A DNA stretch of 64,000 bases, taken from Macrostomum lignano (lineage: Eukaryota). The DNA lies in contig NIVC01000619.1 in NCBI GenBank assembly GCA_002269645.1, positions 1 through 64,000 on the forward strand, written 5' to 3'. Of the stretch, positions 61,164-64,000 are shown piece by piece (positions within the stretch are counted from its first letter, which is position 1; every line of letters starts with the position of its first letter). The position numbers and the translations under genes are program-made. The notes beneath the pieces are model-generated. The model worked only from the letters and a program-made list of their open reading frames with translations, had not been told where the DNA came from and ran no database searches.

Positions 61164-61409
61164 TCGAACAACATCGAGCTGATTTGCCGAGCGCACCAGC
61201 TGGTCATGGAAGGCTATAAATGGCATTTCGCCAGCCAGTCAGTGCTCACTGTTTGGTCTGCGCCCAACTATTGCTACCGATGCGGCAATGTGGCCGCCAT
61301 ACTCAAACTCGACGACTGTCTTGAGAAAGAGTTCACCATATTCGAGGCGGCGCCGCAAGAGACCAGAGGCGTACCAGCTAAGAAACCTGTGGCCGAGTAC
61401 TTCCTTTAG
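61164..61409 (+). CDS. PPP4C: Protein phosphatase 4 catalytic subunit, coding exon 3 (311 aa in total)
   Basis: [24 protein letters not shown]; C-terminus VAEYFL is closest to PP4 (VADYFL) rather than PP2A (TPDYFL) or PP6. Confidence 0.9.
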   Translation, partial: SNNIELICRAHQLVMEGYKWHFASQSVLTVWSAPNYCYRCGNVAAILKLDDCLEKEFTIFEAAPQETRGVPAKKPVAEYFL

Positions 61410-63580
61410 AGACCTGTTGAATCTTGTACTTGTATTGTCATGCTTTTGGTGTGAAAACGCATTGCTTTTTACTTGTGAATTGATCAGAATATTGAATTCT
61501 CCTCCTCTCTACCGTTCTCTCCATCCTACCGTCCTCTCCATCCTACCGTCCTCTCCATCCTACCATCCTCTCTACCCCACCATCCTCTCCACCCTACCGT
61601 TCTCCATTTCCCCTTTCTACCGTCTTCACACCTCCATATTTCTCAACTAAGAAATTTTAAATTCAAATTGAATCGGACGAATTCAAGTTAAAATAAATTA
61701 TACTCTGTATATCTTGGCCAGTTTTTACTGATTTATTGGCCTGTGCAATTACTGTTGTAATGTATTTGTATTTCGGTATTGCAGAAAAGGATAAACAGAG
61801 CTAAATGAAAAATATCGGTGCGAGCTGTAAACTTTCCATTGTTAGCGAACGCATCGCTTGCTTGCTTTGGATGTTATTCTGCTACTGTTTATCACTTTAT
61901 GAATTGAATTGAATCGCTGATTGCCTCTCTGAGTGGCAAAAAAATGCAATACTTGCTGGTGCGCACTTGTCTTTTGTTTATCTATTCGATATCGCTGTGT
62001 AATTTAATAATAAACCAACCGCGTTAATAATATTAGTACAGCTAATTTTTATATAGTCAATTGAAAGAGACGGCTCAAGGCTAAGTTTGTTTTTGTCGAA
62101 GTACACGGTGCACCGTGTGTTACATTAACAAGATGAAATATTTAATTTTTGCCATGACATGTCAATAAATATTAGCTAAATGTTACTTTAGGCGATATAA
62201 GGTTTCGATGTCGTGTCGTCGCTCTCTTTTATGGGAATGCGAACAGAATCAAGCAGCATGACATGATTGGCGCTGAACGGTACAGTAGTTTGGAATTCAG
62301 AATAACACAATCCAGAATAGATTAAATTAAATGAACCCGTGGAAACTTTTAGCTAACTAAAGTTGAATCAAAGCAGAGCACACGGAACAGACACCAAAAG
62401 CTTGGTTAGCTTGGGGAAAAGCCATTGCACTCGTGCAATAAAAATAACATTTTGGTTCACCAAGCAGTTATTCTAATTCCCGCTTGAAAACTCTATAATA
62501 TATCAACAGTAGCGCGTACAATTACAGACTGTCAGAAGTGTATTTGAAAAATCTAATGACAACCATTGGTATGAAAGCGACCTGTCAGTCGAAGTACATC
62601 TTGATTTTGTTTTTGTGAGTAATCGAAAATTTAAACTCGTGCTTAAAAACGATATATTTTTTAAATAAAATGTTTTGAACAATTAGGCTATATTTGCGGG
62701 TTTTGGCACGAATTTAAATTTTCTATTATTCAACAACGAAATAATCGTCTGCTAGACGAATATCGATAACTTTAATGAAGTAACTAAAGTACAGAAAATA
62801 ATTTGGCTACAAATGAAAACACGATGGTCATTGTTAAATAACGCACGCATACTGTAAGATGAGTTTTTTGAAAGCCAATTGACTTGACAAGTACAACAAC
62901 ACGGAAAAGAGTTATAACGCATTCGACCGCCGAACGTAGCTGTCAGCGAGGAGGAAACTATGAGGAAGTGCGAGCAACAAAGAAAATCGCTGGATGATGA
63001 TCATAAGTAGCATAGCATGATTTTCCTTATTATTTGTGTAGCAATGAATAAAAACTCGTAATAACTATATATATTTCACTACATATCGGCTCAACTCAAA
63101 ATAACTATTGATTAGAAATACTTAGTTAGATGCAAATGTTAAGCAACAAGAATAGTACCATTAGCAACAAAATAATCCCAGTCTGCTTCCCAAAATGATA
63201 CTTCAACAAAGGTGATATGCACCGCTGCATAATCGCGCGATTAGAGCAAATCCACCCGTTCAGCCGGCGCCACTGCCCTCCATCTGGTCCGTCACGCTCA
63301 GTCCATAGATTCGCTTCCGGAATGCCTCCCTGTGCTGCTCTTGTAAACTGCTCTTTGGCTTGCTCCGCTTCAGATTGCCGTCCCACTGCAGGTCAACCAG
63401 ACCGCCGCGGCCGGCAATTTGACGCTTCACCGATTGGCGAAGGCAACCTTAGTGGAATTTCATTTCGATACATATCGTCTGAACTTTTGTCAATTATGCT
63501 ACTGTAGCATCACTGTGCAAAGACTAAATTATGAGGCGAAATGGGGATATTTTGTTATGGGGAGGCTCTAGAGAGATTCT

Positions 63581-63790
63581 AAGGGATACCTGTGGGCGAT
63601 TCACATGGATACCTGTGGGAAGTTCTCAGGGATACCTGTGGGCGATTCTCAGGGATACCTGTGGGCAATTCTCAAGGATACCTGTGGGCAATTCTCATGG
63701 ATACCTGTGGGCAATTCTCAGGGATACCTGTGGGCAATTCTCATGGATACCTGTGGGCGATTCTCAGGGAGCCTGTAGGAAATTCTCAAA
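63581..63790. repeat. 23-bp minisatellite (AGGGATACCTGTGGGCAATTCTC), about 9 units
   Basis: Directly visible. Confidence 0.9.
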
Positions 63791-64000
63791 GAAATTTAAG
63801 AGCGAATTCCCAGGGACAATTAAGGGGCGATTGTCAGAAATTGTCAGACGATTCTCAAGAAGCTGAAGCTCGTGGGCGATTCTCGGCAATACAGTATTGA
63901 GAAAGCGACCAAACTCACGGAACTCTCGCCCTCCTGCTGAATCTGCGGCGGCAGATACCAGACGTCAGCAACAATGGCCCAGCTGGTCATCATCATGAAC

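Noticed and set aside
63250-64000. Possible minus-strand exons at the window edge (FMMMTSWAIVADVW...; WDGNLKRSK...)
   Set aside because: Splice signals are plausible, but the segments are too short and have no recognisable homology.

Overview
Eukaryotic (animal) genomic DNA, repeat- and transposon-rich and intron-poor. A free-living flatworm such as Macrostomum is a plausible source, but that is a guess from sequence style only. The main structure is a ~40-kb cluster (2.7-42.6 kb) of ten intact, intronless paralogous genes for 62-72 aa secreted prepropeptides, plus one deleted pseudogene and one promoter-only relic. Each precursor has an 18-aa signal peptide, a conserved acidic pro-piece, a KK/KKK site and a variable mature peptide ending Gly-stop (amidation signal). 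The mature peptides strictly alternate hydrophobic and Arg/His residues: FVRLRVRI, IFRVRVRI, IFRVRVHI, FVRVHVRF, FIHIHF, WLRVRARVRI and an Arg/Ser-extended variant. In several copies the Arg-Val repeat is written in telomere-like TTAGGG hexamers. All copies share a near-invariant 33-bp core promoter. Two divergent gene pairs sit in a ~4-5 kb inverted segmental duplication. Interspersed are Gypsy, BEL/Pao and LINE remnants, Crypton-like tyrosine-recombinase elements, a P-like TIR element, hAT MITEs, satellites and microsatellites. The right part of the window holds a probable orphan spliced gene (minus strand, 45-47 kb) and a complete three-exon protein phosphatase 4 catalytic subunit gene (58.8-61.4 kb). 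No database searches were run; family assignments rest on motifs read by eye.
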